A DNA stretch of 64,000 nucleotides, taken from an uncultured Planctomycetota bacterium. Lineage in GTDB: Bacteria; Planctomycetota; Planctomycetia; Isosphaerales; Isosphaeraceae. The number at the start of each line of letters is the position of its first letter. Position 1 is the first letter of the stretch. A model generated the notes under the pieces. It did no database searches. It saw nothing but the letters and a program-made list of their open reading frames with translations, and was not told the origin of the DNA. This document shows positions 1 to 9,614 of the stretch, one piece after another. The translations under genes and the position numbers were made by a program. Location of the stretch: positions 608,001 to 672,000 of the forward strand of contig CAWGMQ010000011.1 in the NCBI GenBank assembly GCA_963823665.1. Reading direction: 5' to 3'.

Positions 1-101
1 TCGACGGTGTCACGGTGCCCTTCGCGGCGCGTTGCCGGCGTTTCAACGGTGGTTGCCTTCGGGGCAGCGCGCGGCTGCAAAGTTGCGGAGGACCGTCCCA
101 T
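1..101 (-). CDS. N-terminus of a probable second signal peptidase I (S26), truncated by the window edge
   Basis: ATG at 101 reads MGRSSATLQPRAAPKATTVETPATRREGHRDTVE; 'R-D/E-T-V-E' precedes the first TM of planctomycete LepB; tandem lepB genes after lepA are common in this phylum. Confidence 0.5.
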   Translation of the reverse strand, partial: MGRSSATLQPRAAPKATTVETPATRREGHRDTV

Positions 102-148
102 TCTGTTGTATGTCCCTTGCTGGCACGTGAAGCTTTTGGGCGGATGCG

Positions 149-188
149 CAGTCGTTCCTAGCGAATGTCAGTCGTTCCTAGCGAATGT
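149..188. repeat. 20-bp perfect tandem duplication overlapping the lepB stop codon
   Basis: CAGTCGTTCCTAGCGAATGT at 149-168 and 169-188. Confidence 0.9.
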
Positions 189-1642
189 AACGAATTCGGC
201 GCGGGTCGGGAACCCAGCAAAACGACCGGCCAAAAACCTTGAGCGGCACGAGCTCGCCGGGCAGATGCACCAGGAACGGCTTTCCCACGAACATCGACCC
301 GCGCACGACGGGCCCGTCACTCCAGAACCTCGAGTCGTTCGAAACCGAGCTATTGTCGCCCAGCACAAAAAACTCGTCGACCCCCAACTTCACGCCCGAG
401 CGAAGCCCGTGCGGCTGCTTCGGGGTGTTGGCCAGCATCCCGGTGTAGTAAATGTCGCGGTAGACCCGAATCTCGCTCACTTCGGCCGCTCCACCACGAA
501 CGCCAAGCTCCACCGGGCAGGTACCCGTAGTGCCTCTCGAGGCAGGATCGTCGAAATCAAACGGATCGAACAAGAGCCGCTCATCAATCGCGGCCTGGAA
601 GCGTCCGTCCATAACCGCCGCTTCGAGAAGGATCGCTCTCGGCCGCAAGCATTTTCCTGAAATCGGGTTAGATCGATTGGAGAGCGGAACACTCTGTCCG
701 TTGCGAAGCAGCTCGATTTCGCCGCCGGCGGCCGCTGGGATCCGTAACAAGAAACGATCGAAGCCGGAGCAAAGTGCGATGGAGATGGTCTCCACCGATG
801 GGCCGAGCGTGACGTGGGCTTCGATTCCCAGGTCTTTGACCTCATTGAGCTGCGCGGCTCGCTGCCATTGTAGCCGTGGAAGTCGGTGATGCCGCCGTAG
901 TTGCCGCGGCCTGAGTCCCAGTGCTTGTAGACCAACCAGTCGTCGGTGGGGCGCACGGCGGAGTGTGGGCGGCGTGCACGAACCGGCTGCCCTGGCGGCT
1001 CCACGTGCTCAGGGCGGCTCCTGCTCCGGCAGCCGCGTCGGATCGGAACAGCCAGCGCGGTTTCACGGCGGCGTCTTGGGGCTGAAAGCGGCTGTCATGA
1101 AGGAGGATTCGCATCGCGCGGATTTCCGCGAGTGACTTCCGGGCGAGCCGATCGTTCACAAATACGTCGCCTTCCTTGATGCGAATCAAATCCCCGGGGA
1201 GGCCGACGACGCGTTTGACGTAGGCCTGCGAGGGCTCGCCGGGAAAATGGAACACGGCCACTTCCCAGCGCCGGGGCCGGCGAAATTCGTAGAGGAACTT
1301 CTCGACCAGGACGCGATCGCCGCCGCACTCGATTGAAGGGCAGTCATCGAGGTTTCGCTTGCCGCAATTCGGGCAGATCGCGGCACCCGTCTGGCCCTCG
1401 TTTTCGATGCCGATCACGAAGACCGCATGGCAGCTCGGGCACACGAGCTCTCGGTGCCAGCCCAGAAGCGTCGGGGCCATCGAGCCCGTTGGTACGACGT
1501 ACGCCTCGGCGGTGAATGTGCGCACCAGAAGCACACTGACGCACAGCAGCGAGATCAACTCGGCCGTCTGGCGCGCCCCGCTGCTCCTCGGGCGGGCGAG
1601 TCGGCGGCGCCGTGATTCGCTGTGGAGCCCGATTGAGCTCAT
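178..1642 (-). CDS. lepB: Signal peptidase I (two apparent frameshifts, near 947 and 845)
   Basis: Catalytic Ser box VPTGSMAPTL, Lys box YVKRVVGLPGD, C-terminal FFVLGDNSSVSNDSRFW, spread over ORFs 842-1642, 477-1004 and 178-795; directly downstream of lepA. Confidence 0.9.
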
Positions 1643-1683
1643 GCTCGATGGATCCGCCTGTGGTTTAACGATTTACGGCACGC

Positions 1684-3489
1684 TCAGTCATCGCTGTCAT
1701 CCAGCACAGAAAGGAACGCGTCCTGAGAGATCTCGACGCTCCCTACCTGTTTCATACGTTTCTTGCCTTCTTTTTGCTTTTCGAGAAGCTTGCGCTTGCG
1801 GGTGATGTCGCCGCCGTAGCATTTGGCGGTGACGTTTTTCCGCAGGGCTGAGATGGACTCGCGGGCGACGACCCGGCCGCCGATGGCGGCCTGGATGGCT
1901 ACTTCGAATTGGTGCCGTTCGATCTCTCCCTTCAACTTCCGGACCAGCTTTCGGCCGCGGCGATCGGCGTGGGTGCGGTGCACGACGATGGAGAGAGCAT
2001 CGACGCGCTGGCCGGCCACGAGGATATCGAGCCGGCAGAGATCTCCGGCGCGGAAGCCGATCACCTCGTAATCCATCGTACCGTAACCGCGGGTTGCGCT
2101 CTTCAGCTTGTCGTAAAGATCGTAGATCATTTCGGCGAGCGGCAGCTCGTAGGTCAGGATGGCGCGGGTGGGCGAGAGGTACTCGGTCTTGATGAAAGTG
2201 CCGCGGCGATCTTCGGAAAGCTGCATGATCACGCCGATCGAGTCGCTGGGGATGATGAAGTTCACGCGGGCGATGGGCTCGCGGAATTCCTCGATGGCGC
2301 CGGCGTCGGGAATGCGGGTAGGGTTGGAGATGTGCAGCGTCTCGCCCTCGCGGGTGATGATCTCGTAAGTGACCGTCGGGGCGGTTTGAACCAGCGACAG
2401 GTCACTCTCGCGCTCGAGCCGCTGCTGGACGATTTCCATGTGCAGCATGCCCAGGAAGCCGCAGCGAAACCCGAAGCCGAGTGCATCGGACGACTCGGGC
2501 TCGAACGTGAAGCTCGAGTCGTTGAGCGCGAGTTTCTGGAGGGCGGTGCGCAGGTCGTCGAACTGGTTGTTGGTGGCGGGAAAGAGCCCGCAGAACACGA
2601 CGGGGACCGGCTCCAGGTAGCCAGGCAGTGCCACCTGGGCAGGGCGCGGCATCTGGGTGATGGTGTCGCCGATCTTGACGTCGGAGAGCTGCTTGATGTT
2701 GGCGCTGACGTAACCGACCTGCCCCACTCCCAACTCGTCGCAGGGAACCTCGCGGGGCCGGAACCGGCCCAGCCCGATCACTTCGTAGTTCCGGTCTTCG
2801 GCCATGAGGCGGATCTGCTGGCCGACGCGGAGAGTACCATCGACCACCCTGACATAAGTGATCACGCCCTGGTAGTCGTCGAATTTGGAGTCGAAGATCA
2901 GGGCCCGAAGCGGGGCATTGGGATCGCCGGCAGGATGGGGAACTCGCTCGATGATGGCGCGAAAGACATCGGGCACCCCCTGCCCCGTCTTGGCGCTGAT
3001 GGCGAGGACCTCGGCGGGGTCGATTCCCAGGCTGGTCAAGATCTCTTCCTTGATCTCCTCGGGGCGGGAGGCCTGCATATCGATCTTGTTGAGCACGGGA
3101 ACGATTGCCAGGTTGTTATTCACCGCGAGATAGGCATTGGCGACGGTCTGTGCCTGCACGCCCTGAGTGGCGTCCACGAGGAGAATCGCGCCTTCGCAGG
3201 CGGCCAGGCTGCGGGAGACTTCGTAGTGGAAGTCGACGTGGCCGGGTGTGTCGATCAGGTTGAGCTCGTAGGTCTGGCCGTCGAGCGTGTAATTGATGGC
3301 GACGGCGCGGGCCTTGATGGTGATGCCGCGCTCGCGCTCCAGATCCATATCGTCCAGGAGCTGCTCGCGAAATTCGCGCTGGGTGATGGCGCCCGATTGC
3401 AGGAGGAGTTGGTCGGCCAGCGTGCTCTTACCATGATCGATATGGGCGACGATCGAGAAATTTCGGATGAACTTCGGGTCGACAAGCAT
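1684..3489 (-). CDS. lepA: Translation elongation factor 4 (LepA)
   Basis: IRNFSIVAHIDHGKSTLAD, LIDTPGHVDF, NKID, GFRCGFLGMLHMEI, KCYGGDITRKRKLLEKQKEGKKRMK; likely start MLVDPKFIRNF at 3489. Confidence 0.98.
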   Translation of the reverse strand: MLVDPKFIRNFSIVAHIDHGKSTLADQLLLQSGAITQREFREQLLDDMDLERERGITIKARAVAINYTLDGQTYELNLIDTPGHVDFHYEVSRSLAACEGAILLVDATQGVQAQTVANAYLAVNNNLAIVPVLNKIDMQASRPEEIKEEILTSLGIDPAEVLAISAKTGQGVPDVFRAIIERVPHPAGDPNAPLRALIFDSKFDDYQGVITYVRVVDGTLRVGQQIRLMAEDRNYEVIGLGRFRPREVPCDELGVGQVGYVSANIKQLSDVKIGDTITQMPRPAQVALPGYLEPVPVVFCGLFPATNNQFDDLRTALQKLALNDSSFTFEPESSDALGFGFRCGFLGMLHMEIVQQRLERESDLSLVQTAPTVTYEIITREGETLHISNPTRIPDAGAIEEFREPIARVNFIIPSDSIGVIMQLSEDRRGTFIKTEYLSPTRAILTYELPLAEMIYDLYDKLKSATRGYGTMDYEVIGFRAGDLCRLDILVAGQRVDALSIVVHRTHADRRGRKLVRKLKGEIERHQFEVAIQAAIGGRVVARESISALRKNVTAKCYGGDITRKRKLLEKQKEGKKRMKQVGSVEISQDAFLSVLDDSDD

Positions 3490-3737
3490 CGAACGCTGGC
3501 TCTCCTCAAGGCGATTCGGCAGGCGGGATTCTGTGATCGGTGCGATCGGGCGGGCCGCCCAGGGGGGGCGCACCACGATGACCTGACTGCATGATTATAT
3601 TGTGTGGGGAGCAAACGGAGAAGGTGGGTTGCACCTATTGGTCTGCGGAGCTGGTAAGTGAGTCCTTCGCCCCCCGAAACCCGACACGCCGGTTTGAAAG
3701 TTGCTCAACTCGTCGCCGCGAGGGCTCCTGAAGTGCT

Positions 3738-5114
3738 ATGCCGCAATCGTACTGGTATCCTTCGGGGTCGGTAGGTAGACTCGACAGGCGTGCGACTTTT
3801 GTAAGAAAATGGAGGCCGCCGCGAGGCGGTTACCGGAGCATGTCGAAGGGCCACCGAAGATCCTGCTGGTCGCCTTGGTGGCACGCATGCGGGCTCGAAG
3901 CTCGACTCGCCTTTGCGGCGGGATTGGTCCTGCTCATCGCGGGCGAGGGGCATGCTGGCGAGATGCGGAACGTTAATGGATGCGTGGTGGACCAAACCGG
4001 GACGCCTGTCGCGCGTGCGGACGTCGCTTTCTTCTGGACGGCGAACGGACCGCTCAATGACCCAAGGGGCAAGCCCTACGATTTCGACGCGGTTGAAGGA
4101 CGGCGGGCACTCTCGGCCAATCTCGGGAAGATGTTTCCGTTGGGAGACATCGAAAGACCAACCAAGACGGGGCCTGACGGCCGGTTCTCGATGAGCATAC
4201 CCGGCGATCGCCATCACTTGTTAGCGATGGACCACTCCCGCAATCGCGGGGGCTTGGTGATCCTGCCCAAGGGAAAGGGAGCGGCCGATGTCCAGATCCG
4301 TCTCGGTCCCATGGTTCGTGTCCGAGGATCGATTGAAAGTCCCGGAGCAGGCGAACGTCCAGCAGAGCCTGTTGTCCTGGCGATGCTGCCCGATGATCCC
4401 GCGCGACCCCTTGATCTGACGATCCTGACCAGATGTGCGGCAATCGACAGCCGGTTCGAGATGTCGTTCCCGCCTGGTCATTACGTGCTCAATATCTCGG
4501 CTTCGAGGGACAACTTCAGCGAAGAGGCGAATGCCCCGAACAGGGAGCTTCTTCTGACGGGTGAGATTTCGGAGATCGACCTTGGCGTGCTGCGTCTATC
4601 CCCGTTCAAGCCGACGGTTCAGGGAAGGATCGAAAGAGCCAAGGCCGCCGGCGCCTGGGATTACACCAAGCATTACGGCGAGAAACCGCCCCAATGGCAC
4701 ATCCTCGATGCTCGCGGTGTGTCCAAGGACGCGCAGATTTCTGACTTCAAGGGGAAGTGGCTTCTGGTCTACTTCTGGGGCCTCCCCTGCTACCCGTGCA
4801 TAAGTCGTGGAATCCCCAATCTGATGAAGTTCTACGAAGAACATCAGGCCCAGCGGGATCGATTCGAAATCCTGGCGCTTTACATGGATGTCGAGGGCGA
4901 GGTGAAATCGGTCGCCGACCTCGACAAGAGGTTGCAACCCTTCGTCAAGAACGTCTGGGGCAAGCAGCTTCCATTTCCCGTTCTGCTTGATCCCAGCTTC
5001 ACAACGATGGAACGCTATGGGTTGCCAGGGTTCGGTGCTCTTATCTTGATCGATCCCCAAGGGAATCTTGTCAAGGGCGACGAGACGGTACTCGCGGAGA
5101 AACTCAAGGAGTGA
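3738..5114 (+). CDS. Exported carboxypeptidase-regulatory-like domain plus TlpA/redoxin family protein
   Basis: Hydrophobic signal region; GCVVDQTGTPVARADV and TKTGPDGRF beta-sandwich motifs; ISDFKGKWLLVYFWGLPCYPC (CxxC) and LILIDPQG; true start may be downstream. Confidence 0.8.
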   Translation: MPQSYWYPSGSVGRLDRRATFVRKWRPPRGGYRSMSKGHRRSCWSPWWHACGLEARLAFAAGLVLLIAGEGHAGEMRNVNGCVVDQTGTPVARADVAFFWTANGPLNDPRGKPYDFDAVEGRRALSANLGKMFPLGDIERPTKTGPDGRFSMSIPGDRHHLLAMDHSRNRGGLVILPKGKGAADVQIRLGPMVRVRGSIESPGAGERPAEPVVLAMLPDDPARPLDLTILTRCAAIDSRFEMSFPPGHYVLNISASRDNFSEEANAPNRELLLTGEISEIDLGVLRLSPFKPTVQGRIERAKAAGAWDYTKHYGEKPPQWHILDARGVSKDAQISDFKGKWLLVYFWGLPCYPCISRGIPNLMKFYEEHQAQRDRFEILALYMDVEGEVKSVADLDKRLQPFVKNVWGKQLPFPVLLDPSFTTMERYGLPGFGALILIDPQGNLVKGDETVLAEKLKE

Positions 5115-5376
5115 TGATTAGCCCCACGTTCAACAACGAACGAGGCCGGGGGGCCACGGGGCAACCGGCGATGCCATGCCGACCGGTTAGTCTCGCGCTC
5201 GGGGTTTTTAGCGCATTGTGTCCGGGACCCCACAAAGAGTTCAGAGATCCTCGCGGTCTCTATTGACCGCGACGGCAAGCTTGAAGCGTCAAGGAGAATT
5301 CGAAGCTGACGTCGTGCGCCGGGTCCGAGTGTCACTGTCCGCGCGCCTGCATGACGGTGAAACAGGGGAGGATGGA

Positions 5377-6030
5377 ATGTCCGCGGTCGGGCAGATGTGG
5401 CTCTGGGCGATCTTGCTGCCGGCGATGTTCGTCCTCACCCAGAACATGTGCGTCTGGCGGACGCCTCGATTCCTCGGGGGCGTGGCACTCTTCCTGCTGT
5501 ACGAGTCGTATTGCACGTTTTTGTTGTTCCTCGCCGCACTGCCTGGGTTCCTCTACTTCGGCGCCGCAAGCATCATCTATCGGCAAACCGATGGCGAGTT
5601 GGTCCGTCGCGCGTCATTGGCCGCTTGCTGTCTCTTCTTCATGGCGCTCTGGCTTCTGGCCCTCAAGGCAGCCGGCTCCTTCCGACATCGAGCGTTCGTC
5701 CAGGCATCCCGAGTCGGTCATCAACTCGTGGAGGCGCTTGCGCGATACTGGAACGACAACGGTGCGTATCCTGACAGCCTCGAGCGACTGGTCCCCGGCT
5801 ATCTGGCCGCGATCCCATATACCAGAATGATCGGGTATCCAGAATTCTCGTATCTCAAGGACCGCAACGATACCGAGCGCAGCCCCGGTTCCTATGAACT
5901 GCGGATCGATTGCACAAACGGGCCGATCAACTTCGACAGATTTATCTACTGGCCCTCCGAGACGTATCCTGACCGGATCCAGGCGAAACCGGTCGAGCGA
6001 ATCGATAAATGGGCGTATGTCCACGAATGA
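5377..6030 (+). CDS. Hypothetical membrane protein with a pseudopilin-like C-terminal segment
   Basis: GGAGG before ATG 5377; several hydrophobic stretches, then LVEALARYWNDNGAYPDSLERLVP. Confidence 0.6.
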   Translation: MSAVGQMWLWAILLPAMFVLTQNMCVWRTPRFLGGVALFLLYESYCTFLLFLAALPGFLYFGAASIIYRQTDGELVRRASLAACCLFFMALWLLALKAAGSFRHRAFVQASRVGHQLVEALARYWNDNGAYPDSLERLVPGYLAAIPYTRMIGYPEFSYLKDRNDTERSPGSYELRIDCTNGPINFDRFIYWPSETYPDRIQAKPVERIDKWAYVHE

Positions 6031-6234
6031 AAGAAGGCGAAGCACTGAGCAGACCGGGGTCGATCACTGTTGAATCGCCCCGTCCGTTCGTCGCTCATGG
6101 TGCGCAAGGGCGATGCCTTCGCGACACTCGGTATGCACCGCGGTTCGTGCGGCCTGAACCGAGCGAACACTGAAGCTCGCGTGCTTCTGGCATGGGAACG
6201 GCCTCGATCGGCATATACGATAGGGGCGAGCTTC

Positions 6235-6615
6235 ATGCGCGAAATCAACTTGATCACAGCTTGGGCTGCCATTCTGACGGGTCTCATCACGGGAACCGCG
6301 ATCGGATTGTTGTTCCATGACGAGGGATGGCTGGGGGGCTACGGTTCGTGGCGGCGGCGGCTGGTGCGACTGGGTCATATTTCGTTCTTCGGTACGGGGT
6401 TGCTGAATCTCGCGTTCGTTCTCTCAGTGGAGCATCTCCGGCTTGAGGTGGCACCGCCCGTTGCCTCAGCGGGGTTTGTGATCGGGGCGGTGGCCATGCC
6501 GGCGGTGTGCTTTCTCTCGGCGTGGCGAAAGGCCTTCCGGCATCTCTTCTTTATTCCGGTGGGTGCGCTGATCGTCGCCACAGGCGACTTCTTGTTCCGG
6601 GGGGTGCTCGCATGA
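6235..6615 (+). CDS. Hypothetical 4-TM membrane protein
   Basis: MREINLITAW..., GGYGSWRRRLVRLGHISFFG; stop overlaps the next start (ATGA). Confidence 0.7.
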   Translation: MREINLITAWAAILTGLITGTAIGLLFHDEGWLGGYGSWRRRLVRLGHISFFGTGLLNLAFVLSVEHLRLEVAPPVASAGFVIGAVAMPAVCFLSAWRKAFRHLFFIPVGALIVATGDFLFRGVLA

Positions 6616-7940
6616 GAATCGGGTTGATCGCGATGAGCGGCGTGCGTGCGTGCGATCCGGAGCTCGTCCGTCTGGGCATGACGCTGCCGGGCTTCGTTGA
6701 GCGCGGGAAGGTGATCGCGTCGCTGCCGAGCCTGGGGCTGCTCACGCTTGCGGGGATGACTCCTGCGCACCACTCTTGCGAATATCACGAAGTGAAGGAA
6801 CTTCGTGGGCTGGGCCCCCTGCCCGATCGCCTGGATCTGGTGGCGATCTCGAGCTTGAGCGCGCAGATCCATGAAGCGTATGAGCTGGCGGACCGTTATC
6901 GAGCGATCGGGATACCCGTCGTGATGGGTGGTCTTCACGTCACGGCGCTGCCGGAAGAGGCGAGTCTACACGCCGATGCCGTGGTGATCGGCGAGGGAGA
7001 GCCGGTATGGCTCGAGGTCTTGCGAGACGCGGAGACGGGGCGGCTCAAGCGGTTTTATCGGGCACGGCGTGAATCCTCTCTTGGGGATGCGCCGATTCCT
7101 GCGTTCGAGCTGCTTGACCCGGCGAAATACAACAGACTGGTCGTGCAGGCCAGCCGGGGCTGCCCGCTGCGCTGCGAGTTTTGCGCGAGCTCGATCTTGC
7201 TCACGCGCCGATACAAGCAAAAGCCGATCGAGAAGGTGCTTGCGGAGATCGATCGGATTCGTTCCGTCTGGCGCCGACCATTCATCGAATTCGGCGACGA
7301 TAATGCGTTCGTGAATCGGCGATACTGGAAGCAGTTGCTCCCCGAGCTGGCCAAGCGTAAGATCCGCTGGTTCGCCGAGACCGACCTTTCCGTGCATGAA
7401 GATGCTGAGCTGCTGCGGCTGATGCGCGAGAGCGGGTGTGCCGAGGTGCTCATCGGCTTCGAGAGCCCCGGCGAATGGGGCCTGCGTGGCATGGAGCTCA
7501 AGCGCGACTGGAAGCTCAAGCGGTGGCGCGAGGCGAAGGAGGCCGTCCGGGGAATCCAGTCGCATGGCATTCGGGTCAACGGCTGCTTTATCCTCGGACT
7601 TGATGGCCAGGGCCCGGAGATCTTTGACCAAGTGCTGGAGTTCGCCATGGAAACCGAGATGTTCGACGTGCAGATCACGGTCCAGACGCCGTTTCCGGGC
7701 ACGCCGCTGTATGACCGGTTGAGGCGCTCCGGACGGTTGCTCCGCGATGACGCGTGGGAAACTTGCACGCTTTTCGATATCAACTTCCGTCCCGAACAGT
7801 TCACGCCCGAAGAACTGCGGCGCGGGTTCATCAATCTGGGTGAGCGACTCTACAGCCATGAGCTCACCGAGCGGCGGCGTGCCAATTTCGAGGAGAACTA
7901 CCGCAGCGCGCTTGCGGCTTCCGAGGAGAAGGCGTCATGA
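6612..7940 (+). CDS. B12-binding radical SAM protein
   Basis: Cobalamin-binding-like PSLGLLTLA and VVMGGLHVT...GEGE; SRGCPLRCEFC (CxxxCxxC); GFES; TPFPGTPLY. Confidence 0.92.
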   Translation: MRIGLIAMSGVRACDPELVRLGMTLPGFVERGKVIASLPSLGLLTLAGMTPAHHSCEYHEVKELRGLGPLPDRLDLVAISSLSAQIHEAYELADRYRAIGIPVVMGGLHVTALPEEASLHADAVVIGEGEPVWLEVLRDAETGRLKRFYRARRESSLGDAPIPAFELLDPAKYNRLVVQASRGCPLRCEFCASSILLTRRYKQKPIEKVLAEIDRIRSVWRRPFIEFGDDNAFVNRRYWKQLLPELAKRKIRWFAETDLSVHEDAELLRLMRESGCAEVLIGFESPGEWGLRGMELKRDWKLKRWREAKEAVRGIQSHGIRVNGCFILGLDGQGPEIFDQVLEFAMETEMFDVQITVQTPFPGTPLYDRLRRSGRLLRDDAWETCTLFDINFRPEQFTPEELRRGFINLGERLYSHELTERRRANFEENYRSALAASEEKAS

Positions 7941-8353
7941 CCCGGACTCGAGCCATCGCCGCGTTATTTCTCGTAGCCGCGCTCTATGATGGACTGCTTG
8001 GCGCGGCCTTCTTGATTGCCCCCGGCTGGGTCTACGAGCAGGCTCAAGTGACGCCGCCCAACCATTGGGGGTACGTTCAATTTCCGGCCGCTTTGCTGTT
8101 GGTATTTGCCTGCATGTTCGTCGCCGTCGCGATCAATCCGATTGCCAATCGGAACCTTATCATCTATGGCTTTCTTCTCAAGGTTTCGTATTGCGGGCTG
8201 GCATTCTGGTACTGGTTCAGCGCGGGTATACCGGGGATCTGGAAGCCGTTCGCCGTTATTGATTTGATCATGGCGGTGCTGTTCTTGGTTGCGCGGCGTG
8301 CGCTTCGGGCGAGCGACAGCCAGCGAATGGGTAAAGGCATCGGAGCCGGATAG
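7937..8353 (+). CDS. Hypothetical 4-TM membrane protein
   Basis: ATGA overlap with the radical SAM stop; four hydrophobic segments. Confidence 0.75.
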   Translation: MTRTRAIAALFLVAALYDGLLGAAFLIAPGWVYEQAQVTPPNHWGYVQFPAALLLVFACMFVAVAINPIANRNLIIYGFLLKVSYCGLAFWYWFSAGIPGIWKPFAVIDLIMAVLFLVARRALRASDSQRMGKGIGAG

Positions 8354-8383
8354 GCATGCCAAGGCGGACGATCAACGGGTGAG

Positions 8384-8758
8384 AACTGGACTTCGGTCCT
8401 TTGCGATGAATTTGAGGCTGAGGAGGGTTCATTCCTTCTCAAGCTCAGGTGCGCGCTGGAGTGGGACAGGGAGGCGTTCTCGCGACTCGCCGAGGCGATG
8501 GAAGCGTGCGCCATTGCTCAGGCCACCTGCCCGGAGATCGAGCGCAGGATCGCTCAGGGCTTCTGGTACCTGGAGCGGTTCGTACCCGAGTGGTCGAATC
8601 ACCCGAATTTCCCGCGACCGTATGAAGAACAATATTACCAGGCTGCATGTGAGCGGCTGAGCGACCTGGCGTACTGGTTTTTCTTCGGAGAATCTCCGTA
8701 TGAAGGCGGCGGGTGGCTGCGCCGTTGTGAGGGCGAGATTGGAACCTCGTCGGAGTGA
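8384..8758 (+). CDS. Hypothetical protein, possibly Imm41-like immunity protein (start uncertain)
   Basis: Open frame extends upstream of the annotated Met: EFEAEEGSFLLKLRCALEWDREAFSRL...GFWY...ERLSDLAYWFFFGESPY; no in-frame start after the TAG at 8351. Confidence 0.4.
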   Translation, partial: NWTSVLCDEFEAEEGSFLLKLRCALEWDREAFSRLAEAMEACAIAQATCPEIERRIAQGFWYLERFVPEWSNHPNFPRPYEEQYYQAACERLSDLAYWFFFGESPYEGGGWLRRCEGEIGTSSE

Positions 8759-8829
8759 CCGGGTTGAGACGCGCCGATCGCCAGAACGATCGAAATTGAG
8801 ATCGGCCTGCTATCAGATTCGCGAGCGAT

Positions 8830-9614
8830 TCATTGCAATCGCAACCCGCGCCGTGTCAAGGCGGCGCGGACCATCGCGGCGTATTCGGCTGAATCCGAGG
8901 CGCAGCGTTTGAGATGTGCGTCGATGGCGAGCACGCGATTTTCGCATTTCGCGTCGGAATGGCTAGCGAGTTTGTCCGCGAGCAACTCGCGGCATTCGAG
9001 CAGCTCCTGAATGCCCGCGAGCCAATCCCTCCGTTTTTCAACGATTGGCTCACGATTCAGGTCCAGCGCGTCGATCGTCACCGTTCCCTGCTGATTTCCA
9101 TCAATTGGCGCACGTATTCTTCATTGAATTCGAGGAAGCGGCGTGGGTCGTCCTGTGCCGGATGGATGAACAACGGCCGTTCGCCGTTGATGTCATCGTG
9201 GTGTGATTTTGCCCTTCGGCTCTCGTCGAACAGCGGGAAGGAATTCCGCTTGTGACGTTGGTTGCAGATCTGACAACAGAAGAGCAGGTTGCCCCAGTCG
9301 TAGGCCAACCAGTAATAGCCAGGCCGAACGAGAGCATCCTCGGGGGTCTTTCGGTATCCGGCCTTTGGTCGAAAATGCTCGACATCGCCGAACGCGACGT
9401 GGGCAATCTTCGACTCACAGAACGCACATTTGTCGTGTTGCGCCTTCCGCAAGGCCGACTTCACGGACTTCGCAGAGTAGATTCTCGAGTCGAACTCCCA
9501 GCTTTTCGTGGTAGCAAAGTCGCTGTCGTAGTCGGCGCAAAGCCGCAGCGTTGCGGCTTTGCCACGGTGTTCCAGGACGGCAGGAGCCTTCGTCGGCTTT
9601 TCGATCCGAATCAC
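8830..9614 (-). CDS. HNH endonuclease, PtuB/TIGR02646-like (frameshift near 9105)
   Basis: KCAFCES, DVEHFRPK, YYWLAYDWGNLLFCCQICNQRHK; C-terminal TIDALDLNR in ORF 8830-9081; overlaps the ATPase stop. Confidence 0.85.

Noticed and set aside
1909..3594. Long antisense ORFs (also 37361-38377, 40250-41740, 6966-7859, 20635-21477)
   Set aside because: Shadow frames of well-supported genes in high-GC DNA, with no motifs
7937..8758. Read-through fusion of the membrane protein with the downstream in-frame ORF
   Set aside because: The domains look unrelated; a frameshifted start near the ATG at 8356 is a simpler explanation given the indel rate
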